A stretch of DNA of 64,000 nucleotides from an uncultured Verrucomicrobiae bacterium (GTDB lineage Bacteria > Verrucomicrobiota > Verrucomicrobiia > Limisphaerales > UBA11358), in contig CAVWJH010000004.1 in the NCBI GenBank assembly GCA_963755455.1, positions 204,948-268,947 on the forward strand, in the 5' to 3' direction. This document shows positions 37,908-46,938 of the stretch, one piece after another; within the stretch, counting starts at the first letter, position 1; the number at the start of each line of letters is the position of its first letter. The position numbers were made by a program, and so were the translations under genes. The notes beneath the pieces were generated by a model. The model was given only the letters and a program-made list of their open reading frames with translations, had not been told where the DNA came from and searched no databases.

Positions 37908-40307
37908 AAACTTCCGTCCGTCCATCGCCCGCAATTTCCAGCCGTTCGCGTCAGTGACAATTGTCACCGCGCCGGAATCGCGCGTGTAAATGGTTGGAAT
38001 TTCTTTTTGTGCCAACCGCTCCTTTAATTCGCGGCTTGCGCGCCGGTCTGCTGGAAATTCTGAATCGGCAATGACAATTATTTTCGGCCGGATCGCATCA
38101 ATCAACACATTTGCAAGCGGCTCGCCTTCGTTCGGCAAACCTGCGACGACAATGTCCGCGTGCAAATCATTTGTCGTCGCCAGCAACCCGCTTTGTCCGG
38201 CGCGGCTCAAGTCGGAAAGCAGCAGAATCTTTGCGCCGGAAAAATTTCCCAGCAGCACGAGCGCGCCATCGTCGGCGCGTGAAAAATTATTCGTCGCCAC
38301 CGGCCACAAAATTTGCCAGCAGCCGGATTTGTCGCCGCAATCGAAAATTTTGCGGCGCGACGATTTTTCAAATGTGGTAACAATTCCATTGTAAGCACCG
38401 GAGCGAAAATGAACCGGGCTGGTCCAAAGCTCGCCGACACCAAAAAGCCGGTCGAGCAAATCCGCGCCGCCGTAATTTTTCAAATCGCCTTCGGTTAAAA
38501 CGAGTCGCGGAATTGTGTTCACGCCCTGTGCCCGGAGAAAATTCTTGAGCGTGAAATTGACGGCGTCCTCGTTGCCGCAATCAATAAGCCAGTCGTTTTT
38601 GCGTCCGGCGGCGTCCACGAAAACCGAATGACCGCCGTTCAGCGGCAAAACGGTCAGTTTGGTTTCGTCGCGCGAACTTTCCCATTGCCACAAATAAGGC
38701 GCGGCGATAAAAATCAAAGCCGCCGCGCCAAATGCTTTTCTTCGCGCCGTTTTTAACCAGCCGCTCAAGGCAACAATCAGAATCGCGTAATAAATTCCAA
38801 TCGAAATCCACGACGGCGCGGGAACGTAAAAATACGAGCCGGGCATTTGGGTGAACCATTCGCTCACGTCCGTCATTGCCGACATGAAAAACCACGCGGC
38901 GTTGTTGAACAGTTCCGTTGCGAACGGAAACCACGCGCCGCAGATCAGCGCGCCGAGATTGCTCATCAGCGCCAGCGTGCCGAGCGGGACGGCGATGAGG
39001 TTGGCGAACGGTGAAACCGGGCTGAACAAATGGAAATACAGCGCGCTCAACGGAATCGAGCCGAGCCACGCGGCAAGCGAGAGCGAAAAATAACGCGCGA
39101 GAATCCTCGATGTGGAAATGAGAATGCGACGCCATTTCGGAATCAAATCGTCCGGAACCAGCGGATCGTGGCGCAACAGCCCGTCGGAAATTTTATTCAT
39201 TCGCGGCAGCAGCAGGCCGATGACGAGCATGACGGAAAATGACAGTTGGAAGCTGGCTTCAAAAAGCTGGCGCGGTTCCCAAAGCAAAATCACGAAGGCG
39301 GCGGCGGCGAGGGAATTGAGCAGATCGCCCGGACGCTTCAACGCCCAGCCGCCGAGCACGATGGTCATCATCACCGACGCGCGGATGGCGGACGATTCCC
39401 AGCCGGTCGCGGCGGTGTAAAACCAGATGAGCGGAATGGCGATGATGCCGCACCACGCGCGCGAGACTTGCAGCACGCGCAGCAGCGCGACGAGCATTCC
39501 CGCGATGAGCGCGATGCGCAGGCCGTCAATCGCAAACAGGTGCATCGTGCCGGCGCGCAGAAACGGATCGCCGATGTCGCCGGTGAACGCGGTGCGCCAG
39601 CCGAGCGTCATCGCCCAAAGCAGTTGCAATGGCTGGTCTTCGACGGGCAGACCCAATGCGAGCGTGCGTTTTGCCCAGCTTAAAAAGCGGTCGGTGAGCG
39701 GCGGCTGTTGCAAAACCGGCGCGTGCAGCCGCCAGTCGTTCGTGGACGAAGTTTTAAGTTCGTAATAAATGCCGCGCGTTTGGAGATAGCTGCGGTCGTC
39801 GAAAAGCCCTTCGGCCAGAGGCGTTGGCGGTTTTGAAATGACTCCTGAAATTTCAACGGACTGCCCGGCGAAAAAATCCGGCGGAAGTTCGTCCGGCGTT
39901 GCCACGATGATTTTGCCGGGCGCGGGACGCCATTCATCACCGAGCCGGATTTCTGAAACACGAACCTGCGTGAGTGAGTGTTCGGACTGTTCGCCGCCGC
40001 GTTCGGAAATTTTCAGTTGCGGCGTCTGGACCAAGGTTCCACGCACGGCGGCGATTTGAGGTTCGTTGCCGGTCAACTTCCGCAGGTCATCCGGCGAAAT
40101 GTCCGCCGTGTGGACAACCAGATTGATCCAGCCGGCGAGCGCGAGAAGCAGGCAAATCAAAACCGGCCGGAATTTTTCGAGGGCGAGGGCGAGGATGAGG
40201 ACGAAAAAAGAAACGGAAAACAATACAGCAAGCGGCGGCTGGAAAATTTCCGCGAGCAGCAGGCCGGTCGCGTAAAAGGAAACGACGGCGGCAAGCGGGC
40301 GTTTCAT
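37872..40307 (-). CDS. comEC: DNA internalization competence protein ComEC/Rec2 with a C-terminal metallo-beta-lactamase domain
   Basis: 811 aa. It has an N-terminal DUF4131-like region, a polytopic competence domain, and a C-terminal LPLNGGHSVFVD...DCG lactamase-fold region. The last 11 codons are repeat-derived. Confidence 0.9.
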   Translation of the reverse strand: MKRPLAAVVSFYATGLLLAEIFQPPLAVLFSVSFFVLILALALEKFRPVLICLLLALAGWINLVVHTADISPDDLRKLTGNEPQIAAVRGTLVQTPQLKISERGGEQSEHSLTQVRVSEIRLGDEWRPAPGKIIVATPDELPPDFFAGQSVEISGVISKPPTPLAEGLFDDRSYLQTRGIYYELKTSSTNDWRLHAPVLQQPPLTDRFLSWAKRTLALGLPVEDQPLQLLWAMTLGWRTAFTGDIGDPFLRAGTMHLFAIDGLRIALIAGMLVALLRVLQVSRAWCGIIAIPLIWFYTAATGWESSAIRASVMMTIVLGGWALKRPGDLLNSLAAAAFVILLWEPRQLFEASFQLSFSVMLVIGLLLPRMNKISDGLLRHDPLVPDDLIPKWRRILISTSRILARYFSLSLAAWLGSIPLSALYFHLFSPVSPFANLIAVPLGTLALMSNLGALICGAWFPFATELFNNAAWFFMSAMTDVSEWFTQMPGSYFYVPAPSWISIGIYYAILIVALSGWLKTARRKAFGAAALIFIAAPYLWQWESSRDETKLTVLPLNGGHSVFVDAAGRKNDWLIDCGNEDAVNFTLKNFLRAQGVNTIPRLVLTEGDLKNYGGADLLDRLFGVGELWTSPVHFRSGAYNGIVTTFEKSSRRKIFDCGDKSGCWQILWPVATNNFSRADDGALVLLGNFSGAKILLLSDLSRAGQSGLLATTNDLHADIVVAGLPNEGEPLANVLIDAIRPKIIVIADSEFPADRRASRELKERLAQKEIPTIYTRDSGAVTIVTDANGWKLRAMDGRKFVGDDVRSLTSK

Positions 40308-40309
40308 TG

Positions 40310-40771
40310 TTATATTTGCGGCTTCAGTTTCCGGCGGTGAATGATCCAGAGTGCAAACAGGCCGGCTGCGCCGCCGATGGTGTCAATCACAACGTCGTGG
40401 ATGCGCGGCGTGCGAGTGGGCACGAAAATCTGATGGAATTCATCGCTCGACGCATAGAGAAAAACGACCAGCAAAGTGCCGCCGACTTTCGGCCAGGACC
40501 ACGGCGCGAGATGGTTTCTTGAATGGTTCAACGCGCGCCAGACCAGAAACGCGAACACGGCGTATTCCGTCAGGTGCGCGCACTTGCGGGCGATGAAAAC
40601 GATGAGATGCACGGTGTCACCGGACATTTTCGGAAAGAGCCAGTGCAGCAGTGGCGCGATGAGCCGCGAGGAATGTTCAAAGGATTTGGCGTCGCTTGAC
40701 GCCGTGAAAATCACGGCCATCCAAAAGAGAACCGGCAGCCAGTATTTGAGAAATGCGCGCAGTCTGGGCAT
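40310..40771 (-). CDS. VanZ-like family membrane protein
   Basis: MPRLRAFLKYWLPVLFWMAVIFTASS...ARKCAHLTEYAVFAFL...SDEFHQIFVPTRTP...DVVIDTIGGAAG. Confidence 0.7.
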   Translation of the reverse strand: MPRLRAFLKYWLPVLFWMAVIFTASSDAKSFEHSSRLIAPLLHWLFPKMSGDTVHLIVFIARKCAHLTEYAVFAFLVWRALNHSRNHLAPWSWPKVGGTLLVVFLYASSDEFHQIFVPTRTPRIHDVVIDTIGGAAGLFALWIIHRRKLKPQI

Positions 40772-40885
40772 GACGAATGAAAACGAATCTCCGGCGGCGC
40801 GGCAACAAGAAATTCCGTTTGCATTTGCAAATTGCCGTCGCATTTGGCACAGAAAAGCCTCCGATGGAAAAATCATTTTCATTTT

Positions 40886-41701
40886 ATGCTCAAGCTCGGC
40901 GTCAACATTGACCACGTCGCGACTCTGCGCGAGGCGCGGTATCGCGGGCGCGGGTTCGGCGAGCCGAGTCCGGTTGAGGCCGCGCGCATTTGTGAGGCGG
41001 CGGGCGCGCACGGCATCACCGCGCATTTGCGCGAAGACAGGCGGCACATTCAAGACCGCGACATTCTGGAATTGCGCGAGAAAATCGAAACGCGGCTGAA
41101 CCTGGAAATGGCCAACGCGCCGGAAATCATTTCCATTGCGCTAAAATTGAGGCCGGAGATTGTCTGCATCGTCCCCGAACGCCGGCTTGAAGTGACGACC
41201 GAAGGCGGACTGGATGTTGTCGCCGCCGAAAAATCTTTGACCGAGACGCGCAAGAAAATGAACGACGCGAACATCGAAGTCAGTTTGTTCATCACGCCGG
41301 ATGAAAAGCAGATTGAGGCGGCGGCGCGGGTTGGAAGCCAGTTCATTGAATTGCACACCGGCGCGTTTGCGGAGGAATTTTTTAGAAAATGGATTTGTAG
41401 GAGCCGAGGTGACAAGACTCTGACTGAAAAACAGAAAACCGATCAGAGACTCCTTACGTCGTCTCCTACGGATGAAATTGAATTGCAGCGCTTAATTTCT
41501 GGCGCAGAGCAGGCACACGCGCTGGGTTTGAAGGTGAACGCCGGGCACGGATTAAATTTGGAAAATCTTCCGACACTTTTCCGCGTGCCGCATCTGGTGG
41601 AATTGAACATTGGTCACAGCATCGTGAGCCGCGCGGTTTTTGTCGGGATGGAAAAAGCCGTGCATGAAATGCTGGCGTTGATGAAAGATTACTGCGGGTA
41701 A
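40886..41701 (+). CDS. pdxJ: Pyridoxine 5'-phosphate synthase with an in-frame repeat insertion
   Basis: MLKLGVNIDHVATLREAR, GITAHLREDRRHI, LNLEMA, VPERRLEVTTEGGLDV, IELHTG, LGLKVNAGHGL, ELNIGHSIV. An extra segment of about 29 codons coincides with the hairpin repeat at 41397-41469. Confidence 0.9.
   Translation: MLKLGVNIDHVATLREARYRGRGFGEPSPVEAARICEAAGAHGITAHLREDRRHIQDRDILELREKIETRLNLEMANAPEIISIALKLRPEIVCIVPERRLEVTTEGGLDVVAAEKSLTETRKKMNDANIEVSLFITPDEKQIEAAARVGSQFIELHTGAFAEEFFRKWICRSRGDKTLTEKQKTDQRLLTSSPTDEIELQRLISGAEQAHALGLKVNAGHGLNLENLPTLFRVPHLVELNIGHSIVSRAVFVGMEKAVHEMLALMKDYCG
41397..41469. repeat. Hairpin repeat family A inserted inside pdxJ
   Basis: GTAGGAGCCGAGGTGACAAGACTC ... GAGACTCCTTACGTCGTCTCCTAC lies within the pdxJ reading frame. 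Confidence 0.85.
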
Positions 41702-41845
41702 AAGACGTCTCTTGGTTTGGCGTTTTGCGGAGCGCGGCTGTGCGCGAAGCGTCAGCCGCAGCGCGATGAGAATGCTGCGGCTGGTCTCCGACACAGCCGC
41801 GCTCCTTTTACGCCGCGCGGTGCAGCGAGTTTGCTTGCTCCTCAA

Positions 41846-41867
41846 TCATAAATCGTAAATCGTAAAT
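41846..41867 (+). repeat. AAATCGT-heptamer motif directly upstream of the acpS ATG
   Basis: CATAAATCGTAAATCGTAAATC, then AAAA, then the ATG at 41873. Confidence 0.7.
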
Positions 41868-41872
41868 CAAAA

Positions 41873-42250
41873 ATGATTCTCGGCACCGGCATAGACATCA
41901 TCGAAGTGGCGCGCATCCGCGCGTCGCTGGAAAAGTTTGGCGAACGGTTCGGGCAGCGGGTCTTGCTGCCGGACGAGACCGCCTATTGCCTCTCGCACAA
42001 GGATTCCGCGCCATTCGTCGCCGCGCGGTTTGCGGCCAAGGAGGCGGTCTCGAAGGCGTTCGGCACGGGCATCGGCGCGCAACTGGGCTGGCAGGACATC
42101 GAGATTTGCAAAAAGGAATCCGGCGAGCCGTTCGTGGTCTTGCACGGCAAGGGGAAAAAACTTTTTGAATCGCGCGGCGCGAAGGGTTTGCTCATCAGCT
42201 TGAGCCACACGGAACATTACGCGGCGGCCACGGCGGTTTTGGAAGGATGA
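41873..42250 (+). CDS. acpS: Holo-[acyl-carrier-protein] synthase
   Basis: MILGTGIDIIEVARI...AARFAAKEAVSKAFGTG....SLSHTEHYAAATAVLE. The classic pdxJ-acpS adjacency is present. Confidence 0.9.
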   Translation: MILGTGIDIIEVARIRASLEKFGERFGQRVLLPDETAYCLSHKDSAPFVAARFAAKEAVSKAFGTGIGAQLGWQDIEICKKESGEPFVVLHGKGKKLFESRGAKGLLISLSHTEHYAAATAVLEG

Positions 42251-42643
42251 TTATTTCTCCAGCGCCGCGAGCATTGAATCCAGTTGCTTCCGTTCGATGT
42301 CCGTCGCCGTTCCCGCGACGATGTGTCCGGCGATGCTCCGCAAAATGAAAGACTTGTTGGCCGCAAGTTGCAACTCTTCGATTAAATCGCGCGCGATGGC
42401 GGCAAAAGTGTTTCCGTTGTAAAAACAAAATGGCGCGAGCCGGTGACATTGCAGGCAGACTTGAAGCGCGTCGGTCAAGGAAAGTTCCGCAAATTGATTT
42501 TTCTCCCAGAGAATTTTTGCAGGTTCGTGGCCGTCAGAAGTTGGCTTGTGCAGCGCATTTTTCTGGCTGCAAAGGCCGCGATTGATTTCAGTGACAATTT
42601 TCCAGTCAAACGGGGCGAGCCAGGGTTTGACAAGGCGCGACAT
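42251..42643 (-). CDS. Hypothetical protein with a degenerate Fic/Doc-like motif
   Basis: 130 aa. CHRLAPFCFYNGNTFAAIARDLIEEL followed by ...IAGHIVAGTAT...LDSMLAAL resembles the helix layout around the Doc motif HxFxDxNKRTA. The catalytic His and the K/R are replaced. Confidence 0.35.
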   Translation of the reverse strand: MSRLVKPWLAPFDWKIVTEINRGLCSQKNALHKPTSDGHEPAKILWEKNQFAELSLTDALQVCLQCHRLAPFCFYNGNTFAAIARDLIEELQLAANKSFILRSIAGHIVAGTATDIERKQLDSMLAALEK

Positions 42644-42649
42644 GGAAGA

Positions 42650-42826
42650 TTAATGCGCGGCGGATTTTCTCAAGCCGGCGTTGATGCGCTGCAATGTCCC
42701 GACGCCCTCGCTTTTGAGGTAGCCTTTGCCGGTGCGCGCGAGAACCGGCTCGGCGGCAAAACGGTCTTGAATGCGCAGCGCATCCTTCATGATTCGCTTC
42801 AACCGCTTCTGTTGAGCTTCCGTCAT
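42650..42826 (-). CDS. Unlisted 58-aa ORF, possible antitoxin-like partner
   Basis: My own translation is MTEAQQKRLKRIMKDALRIQDRFAAEPVLARTGKGYLKSEGVGTLQRINAGLRKSAAH. Its stop lies 6 bp upstream of the 130-aa gene start. It is below the 60-aa cutoff of the ORF track. Confidence 0.3.
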   Translation of the reverse strand: MTEAQQKRLKRIMKDALRIQDRFAAEPVLARTGKGYLKSEGVGTLQRINAGLRKSAAH

Positions 42827-42895
42827 GGTTCAAAGATAACTAATCATTTCCAAAATCGCAAATCGAAAAGCTTGCGTTGAAGATTCTCGGATTCG

Positions 42896-43624
42896 TCAAA
42901 TTTCGTTGGATTGTTTGTTTAAGATTGTTTCAATATTGCTGTGAATTTTCTTGTTGCACGCCTCAAATAACTTTTGAATTTCATTATACAACCATCCTCC
43001 AGCCTTTCCGGTTCGGTTTGCTTGTTCATCTGTGACGCAGAATGTCAAAAACGATTTTGGGTGCATCAACTGATGCCTTAATTCAAATGTCTCACAAAGT
43101 GAGGAAAATCCATCCTGGTTAAAATCGGTTGGACATTGGAAATTATTAACTTGAGCAAATAGTCTGAAAGTTTGCTTAAAATTATCCTTAAAAACTAGAT
43201 GCTTTGACCTTTCTCCAATTTGTAAATTCGCCTTACCCTCAAGAAGAAATTTATTTTCATCGTCATTTAATTCAAATTTATTGAACCCTGCTGAAGCATG
43301 GGTCAATTCTTTCAAACAAAAAACAATTCCATCAACGGCTGCGGCAAACGCTCGTATTGCTGTCCTTCGCCAAAATTGATTATTAAAATTCTTGTGTAGT
43401 TCGACACTTACTTCTTTCAAATCAGACATCAATACGACTTGTAATAGTTTTGCATTTTGTATCCTTTTTAGAAAAATTTTCGCGTCTTCTTGGACATCTT
43501 TTGCTAATGCAGCGATGGCTTTTTCACGAACCGACGAATCATCACTAAATACGCCAAGTTCTCTGAATTGTTCTCTTAATTCAGCAATTTTTTCCTGTGT
43601 TTCGATTTCATTCATAACAACCAA
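42896..43624 (-). CDS. Hypothetical protein with an Rx4H (HEPN-like) motif; passenger of the IS1595-family transposase
   Basis: Very AT-rich 242-aa ORF that begins 5 bp after the transposase stop. The C-terminal FELRHQLMHP fits the HEPN R-x4-6-H signature. Otherwise unrecognised. Confidence 0.45.
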   Translation of the reverse strand: MVVMNEIETQEKIAELREQFRELGVFSDDSSVREKAIAALAKDVQEDAKIFLKRIQNAKLLQVVLMSDLKEVSVELHKNFNNQFWRRTAIRAFAAAVDGIVFCLKELTHASAGFNKFELNDDENKFLLEGKANLQIGERSKHLVFKDNFKQTFRLFAQVNNFQCPTDFNQDGFSSLCETFELRHQLMHPKSFLTFCVTDEQANRTGKAGGWLYNEIQKLFEACNKKIHSNIETILNKQSNEI

Positions 43625-43629
43625 TGTGC

Positions 43630-44586
43630 TTATCCCGTTGGCTCCCGTCCAATCATTTTCTCGAAACCGACCGGGGCTTTGTGAGCAGCCAAGCCCAATA
43701 ACGTTTGGAATGCTGCCATCGGGGTCTTGCGGCGGTTGAAGCGAAAGACAAATTCATCGAGATAGTTTTGTAAATACTTCGGGTCAACTCCATGGTGCGT
43801 GCCGTTGAGCCACGTCTTGAGATTGCCGAAAGCGCGGTGAATATGCAGCGCATGAGTCGCGATCGGCTGCAATGCGTGGCGGTAGTCGGCCAAAGCGGTT
43901 TTGGAATAGCCTTTCCAACCATCCGTATAAATTTCACTGCCCGGCTCCACATGGGTCGTAAGAAAATGGCGAATCGAAAGGGCGTCTGCCCGTTGCGTCA
44001 CCGCCAGCCGCAGCCGCCCAGCTTTCTCCAAACGGCCTCCCCGCTTGTCGGTAAACGCCACCACTTCTACTGCGCCAAAGACCAGCGTGCTCTTTTCATC
44101 CTTGGTAACGCCACGGCCGGTCTTGCCGCTGACAGGCCCGCCAATAATGACCTCATCAGCTTCCACACGCCCGCTGAGTAGCGCCCGCTTTTCATTCACC
44201 ATGCTGCGTCGCAGCCGGTGGAGCAAATACCAAGCAGTCTTATAGCTGCAGCCCATCTGCCGTTGTAGTTGGGTGCCGCTCATGCCTGGGGTATGTGTGG
44301 CTACCAAGTAAGCGGCCCAAAACCACTCGCGGAGCGAAAAGTGTGTGCCGTGAAGGAGGGTTCCGGCCGTAACGGAAGTTTGCTGACCACATTCGGAGCA
44401 TTCGTAAACATACCGCCGAGCTTTGACCCAATACTTCCTGCCGGAGCATCGTGGACAAGCAAAGCCAGCGGGCCAACGACTTTGCCCCAGATATTCAAAA
44501 CAAGCCGCTTCCTCTGAAAATTGCTCACGAAACTCTTTCAAAGTTGTTGGAAACTTCAGCTTGTCCATCAACCAAACTCGCGCCAA
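43630..44586 (-). CDS. IS1595-family (ISXO2-like) transposase
   Basis: N-terminal zinc ribbon (RWPAGFACPRCSGRKYW...YECSECGQQTSVTAGT), then VEADEVIIGG....TDGWKGY and the C-terminal HRAFGNLKTWLNGTHHGVDPKYLQNYLDEFVFRFNRR. Confidence 0.85.
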   Translation of the reverse strand: MARVWLMDKLKFPTTLKEFREQFSEEAACFEYLGQSRWPAGFACPRCSGRKYWVKARRYVYECSECGQQTSVTAGTLLHGTHFSLREWFWAAYLVATHTPGMSGTQLQRQMGCSYKTAWYLLHRLRRSMVNEKRALLSGRVEADEVIIGGPVSGKTGRGVTKDEKSTLVFGAVEVVAFTDKRGGRLEKAGRLRLAVTQRADALSIRHFLTTHVEPGSEIYTDGWKGYSKTALADYRHALQPIATHALHIHRAFGNLKTWLNGTHHGVDPKYLQNYLDEFVFRFNRRKTPMAAFQTLLGLAAHKAPVGFEKMIGREPTG

Positions 44587-44726
44587 ATACTACGGGAGTC
44601 AACGGGATAAGCATAACAACCAAATACCTTTTTCAAATCCGCATTCAAGACTAGAGTGACGATTAAGTTAATCGTTTCGGCTGCTTTCTCCTTTTTCCCG
44701 CGCCGTTTTTCCGGCACACTCCGCGC

Positions 44727-45947
44727 GTGGAAACGGCGATAACGGCGATTTTTGTCTTCGCGGGCGCGAGTTTCTTTTTCGCGCTGGCGGAAACGGCGCT
44801 GTTTTCGCTCGGCAAATGGCAGGTGGCGCTCCTCGCGGAAAAAAATCCGCGCGCGGGCAAAACCGTCGCCCGGCTGCTGGAACATCCGCAGGATTTGCTG
44901 GCCACGCTCGCGCTCGGCAACACCTTCGCCAACGCCGCGATGCTCGCCGTCGCGCTCCGCATGGTCTTCAACGCGCACTGGACAATAATTTTATTGACGA
45001 TGACTGCGCTGGCGGCGCTGGTGCTGCTCGGCTGCGAGGTTTTTCCGAAAACCCTTGCCGTGCGTCAGCCGGAACGCTGGGCGTTGCGCGTCGCGTGGCT
45101 GCTTTCCATTTTCCAGAAAATTTCCAAGCCGCTGTATCGCGCGGCGCAATGGCTGAACGCGGCGCTCCTGAAAAAAGCCGCGTCGCAGGCCGCCGCGCCG
45201 CCGACGATGACGGACGCGGAATATCACGAACTGCTCGACATGGCTTTCCGCCAGGGCACGCTCGCGGAATCTGAAAAGGAAATCATCCTGCAAATCATCA
45301 GCCTCGACCAGCGCACGGCGCGCGACGTGATGCGCCCGCGCGCGACGATGTCGTGCATTTCCGACGACGCGACGGTGGATGAAATGATTTCTGCCGCGAA
45401 AAAATTCAAGCATCGCCGCCTGCCAATCTTCGATGAAACGCCAGACACAATCGTCGGCATTTTGAACACGCGCGCGTTGCTGCTCGACCCGAAAATTGAT
45501 CTGTCGGAGGTGATTGAATTTCCGTCGTTCGTGCCGGAGACGATGAACTTGCTCCAGCTTTTTCACAGTTTGCAGAAACAGCGTCGCGGCCTCGCCGTCG
45601 TGCTGGATGAATTTGGCGGCGTCGCGGGTTTGGTGACGATGGAGGACATTCTCGGCGAACTCGTCGGGAAAATCCGCGCCGAATCGCAGCCGGAAGGTTT
45701 CGTGATGGAAAAAATCGCGCCCGGCCGCTGGCGCGTGAATGGCACGATGCGGCTGGATGATTTCCGCCGCGAATTTCCCGCGCTCGGCGACGTTGCCGAA
45801 GTGGAAACGATGGGCGGATTGCTGACGCATCTGCTCGGCGTTGTGCCGGAATCCGGCGCGTCGGCAAATTTTTCCGGCTTGAAACTGACCGCGCAAATCG
45901 CGGACGAGCGGCGCGTGCGCGAATTGCTGGTGCAACGGATGAAATAA
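44727..45947 (+). CDS. CNNM/HlyC-CorC family transporter (DUF21 + CBS pair + CorC_HlyC), paralog 1
   Basis: GTG start. The DUF21 TM region contains AETALFSL...LGNT, followed by CBS-pair sequence and the C-terminal RVNGTMRLDDF...GGLL. Confidence 0.8.
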   Translation: METAITAIFVFAGASFFFALAETALFSLGKWQVALLAEKNPRAGKTVARLLEHPQDLLATLALGNTFANAAMLAVALRMVFNAHWTIILLTMTALAALVLLGCEVFPKTLAVRQPERWALRVAWLLSIFQKISKPLYRAAQWLNAALLKKAASQAAAPPTMTDAEYHELLDMAFRQGTLAESEKEIILQIISLDQRTARDVMRPRATMSCISDDATVDEMISAAKKFKHRRLPIFDETPDTIVGILNTRALLLDPKIDLSEVIEFPSFVPETMNLLQLFHSLQKQRRGLAVVLDEFGGVAGLVTMEDILGELVGKIRAESQPEGFVMEKIAPGRWRVNGTMRLDDFRREFPALGDVAEVETMGGLLTHLLGVVPESGASANFSGLKLTAQIADERRVRELLVQRMK

Positions 45948-45948
45948 A

Positions 45949-46938
45949 ATGGAAACGGGAATTTTCAACGGATTGATTTTGATTTTTTGCCTGCTGCTGT
46001 CGTTTTTGCTGTCGGGCATGGAGGCGGGCGTATTTGCGCTGAACCGGCTGCGCGTGCGGCGGCTCGCGCGCTCGGGCAAGCCATCGGCAAAACTGCTGAA
46101 CGGCTTCCTCGAAAAGCCGGAGAAATTTCTGTGGACGATCCTTGTCGGGAACACGCTCGCTAATTTTTTGATCCTTGGTTTTACGCTCGTGAAGATTCAC
46201 GAGTGGCTTTTCGGCAATACAATTTTAATTGTCGCAATTTTCGCCGTCGCAGTTTTTTTATTTTATGCGTTCTTCGATTTGTTGCCGAAAATACTTTTTC
46301 GGACGTTTCCAAACCGGTTATGCCTTGCCGCCGCGCGCATTTTCCGGCTCGTGAATTTTATTTTGGGCCCGCTCGTTTCGATTGTCGAAGGCGTTTCGCA
46401 GGCGATTTTGCGAGTGACCGGCGGGCAGGCTTTCACCGGGCGGCTGTTCGGCAACCGCGAGGAAATGCGCGCGGTGATGCGCGAATCCGCGCCGCAATTC
46501 ACGAGCGCCGAACACGCGATGATCAACCGCGTGCTGGATTTGCAAAATTTCACCGTGCGTCAAATCACAACGCCGCTCGCGCAACTCGTGACCGTCGAAT
46601 CCCCAGTGCCGCTCGGCATCGCGTTGAATCTGGCGCGCGAACGGAAATTTTCGCGTCTGCCCGTCTGGGAAATGCGCGACGGGAAAAATCGCATCGCCGG
46701 ACTGCTGATGATCGGCCCGCTGCTTTTCCGCGACGATCTGGATTTGCAAAAACCCGCCGCCGCGCAAATGACGCCCGCATTGTTTATTGGCGAAGACACG
46801 CGGCTGGAAGTTGCGCTGCGCCGGATGCAGCGGGCAGGGGAACGATTGGCGATTGTGCTCGCGCGCGACGGAAAAGAAATCGGCGTCGCGTCGCTCGAAG
46901 ACATTTTGAAAGTCATGTTCGGCGAGGTGAAATTGTGA
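45949..46938 (+). CDS. CNNM-like DUF21 + CBS-pair protein, paralog 2 (no CorC_HlyC tail)
   Basis: SGMEAGVFALNRLRV...LVGNTLAN, then a CBS region. It starts 1 bp after the paralog 1 stop. Confidence 0.75.
   Translation: METGIFNGLILIFCLLLSFLLSGMEAGVFALNRLRVRRLARSGKPSAKLLNGFLEKPEKFLWTILVGNTLANFLILGFTLVKIHEWLFGNTILIVAIFAVAVFLFYAFFDLLPKILFRTFPNRLCLAAARIFRLVNFILGPLVSIVEGVSQAILRVTGGQAFTGRLFGNREEMRAVMRESAPQFTSAEHAMINRVLDLQNFTVRQITTPLAQLVTVESPVPLGIALNLARERKFSRLPVWEMRDGKNRIAGLLMIGPLLFRDDLDLQKPAAAQMTPALFIGEDTRLEVALRRMQRAGERLAIVLARDGKEIGVASLEDILKVMFGEVKL

Larger units (their letters stand above)
42896..44586 (-). mobile_element. IS1595-family element core (transposase plus passenger ORF); termini not defined
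   Basis: Transposase and passenger are co-oriented and 5 bp apart, in the gap between the Doc-like pair and the first CNNM gene. I could not identify convincing terminal inverted repeats. Confidence 0.45.

Noticed and set aside
42827-42900. Terminal inverted repeats or a target duplication of the IS1595-family element. Examples are TTGAAGATTCTCGGATT against the reverse complement of 44620-44655, and GATAACTAATCATTTC against GATTAAGTTAATCGTTTC.
   Set aside because: The matches are short, gapped and AT-rich, so they are not distinguishable from chance by eye. They are left as undefined termini.
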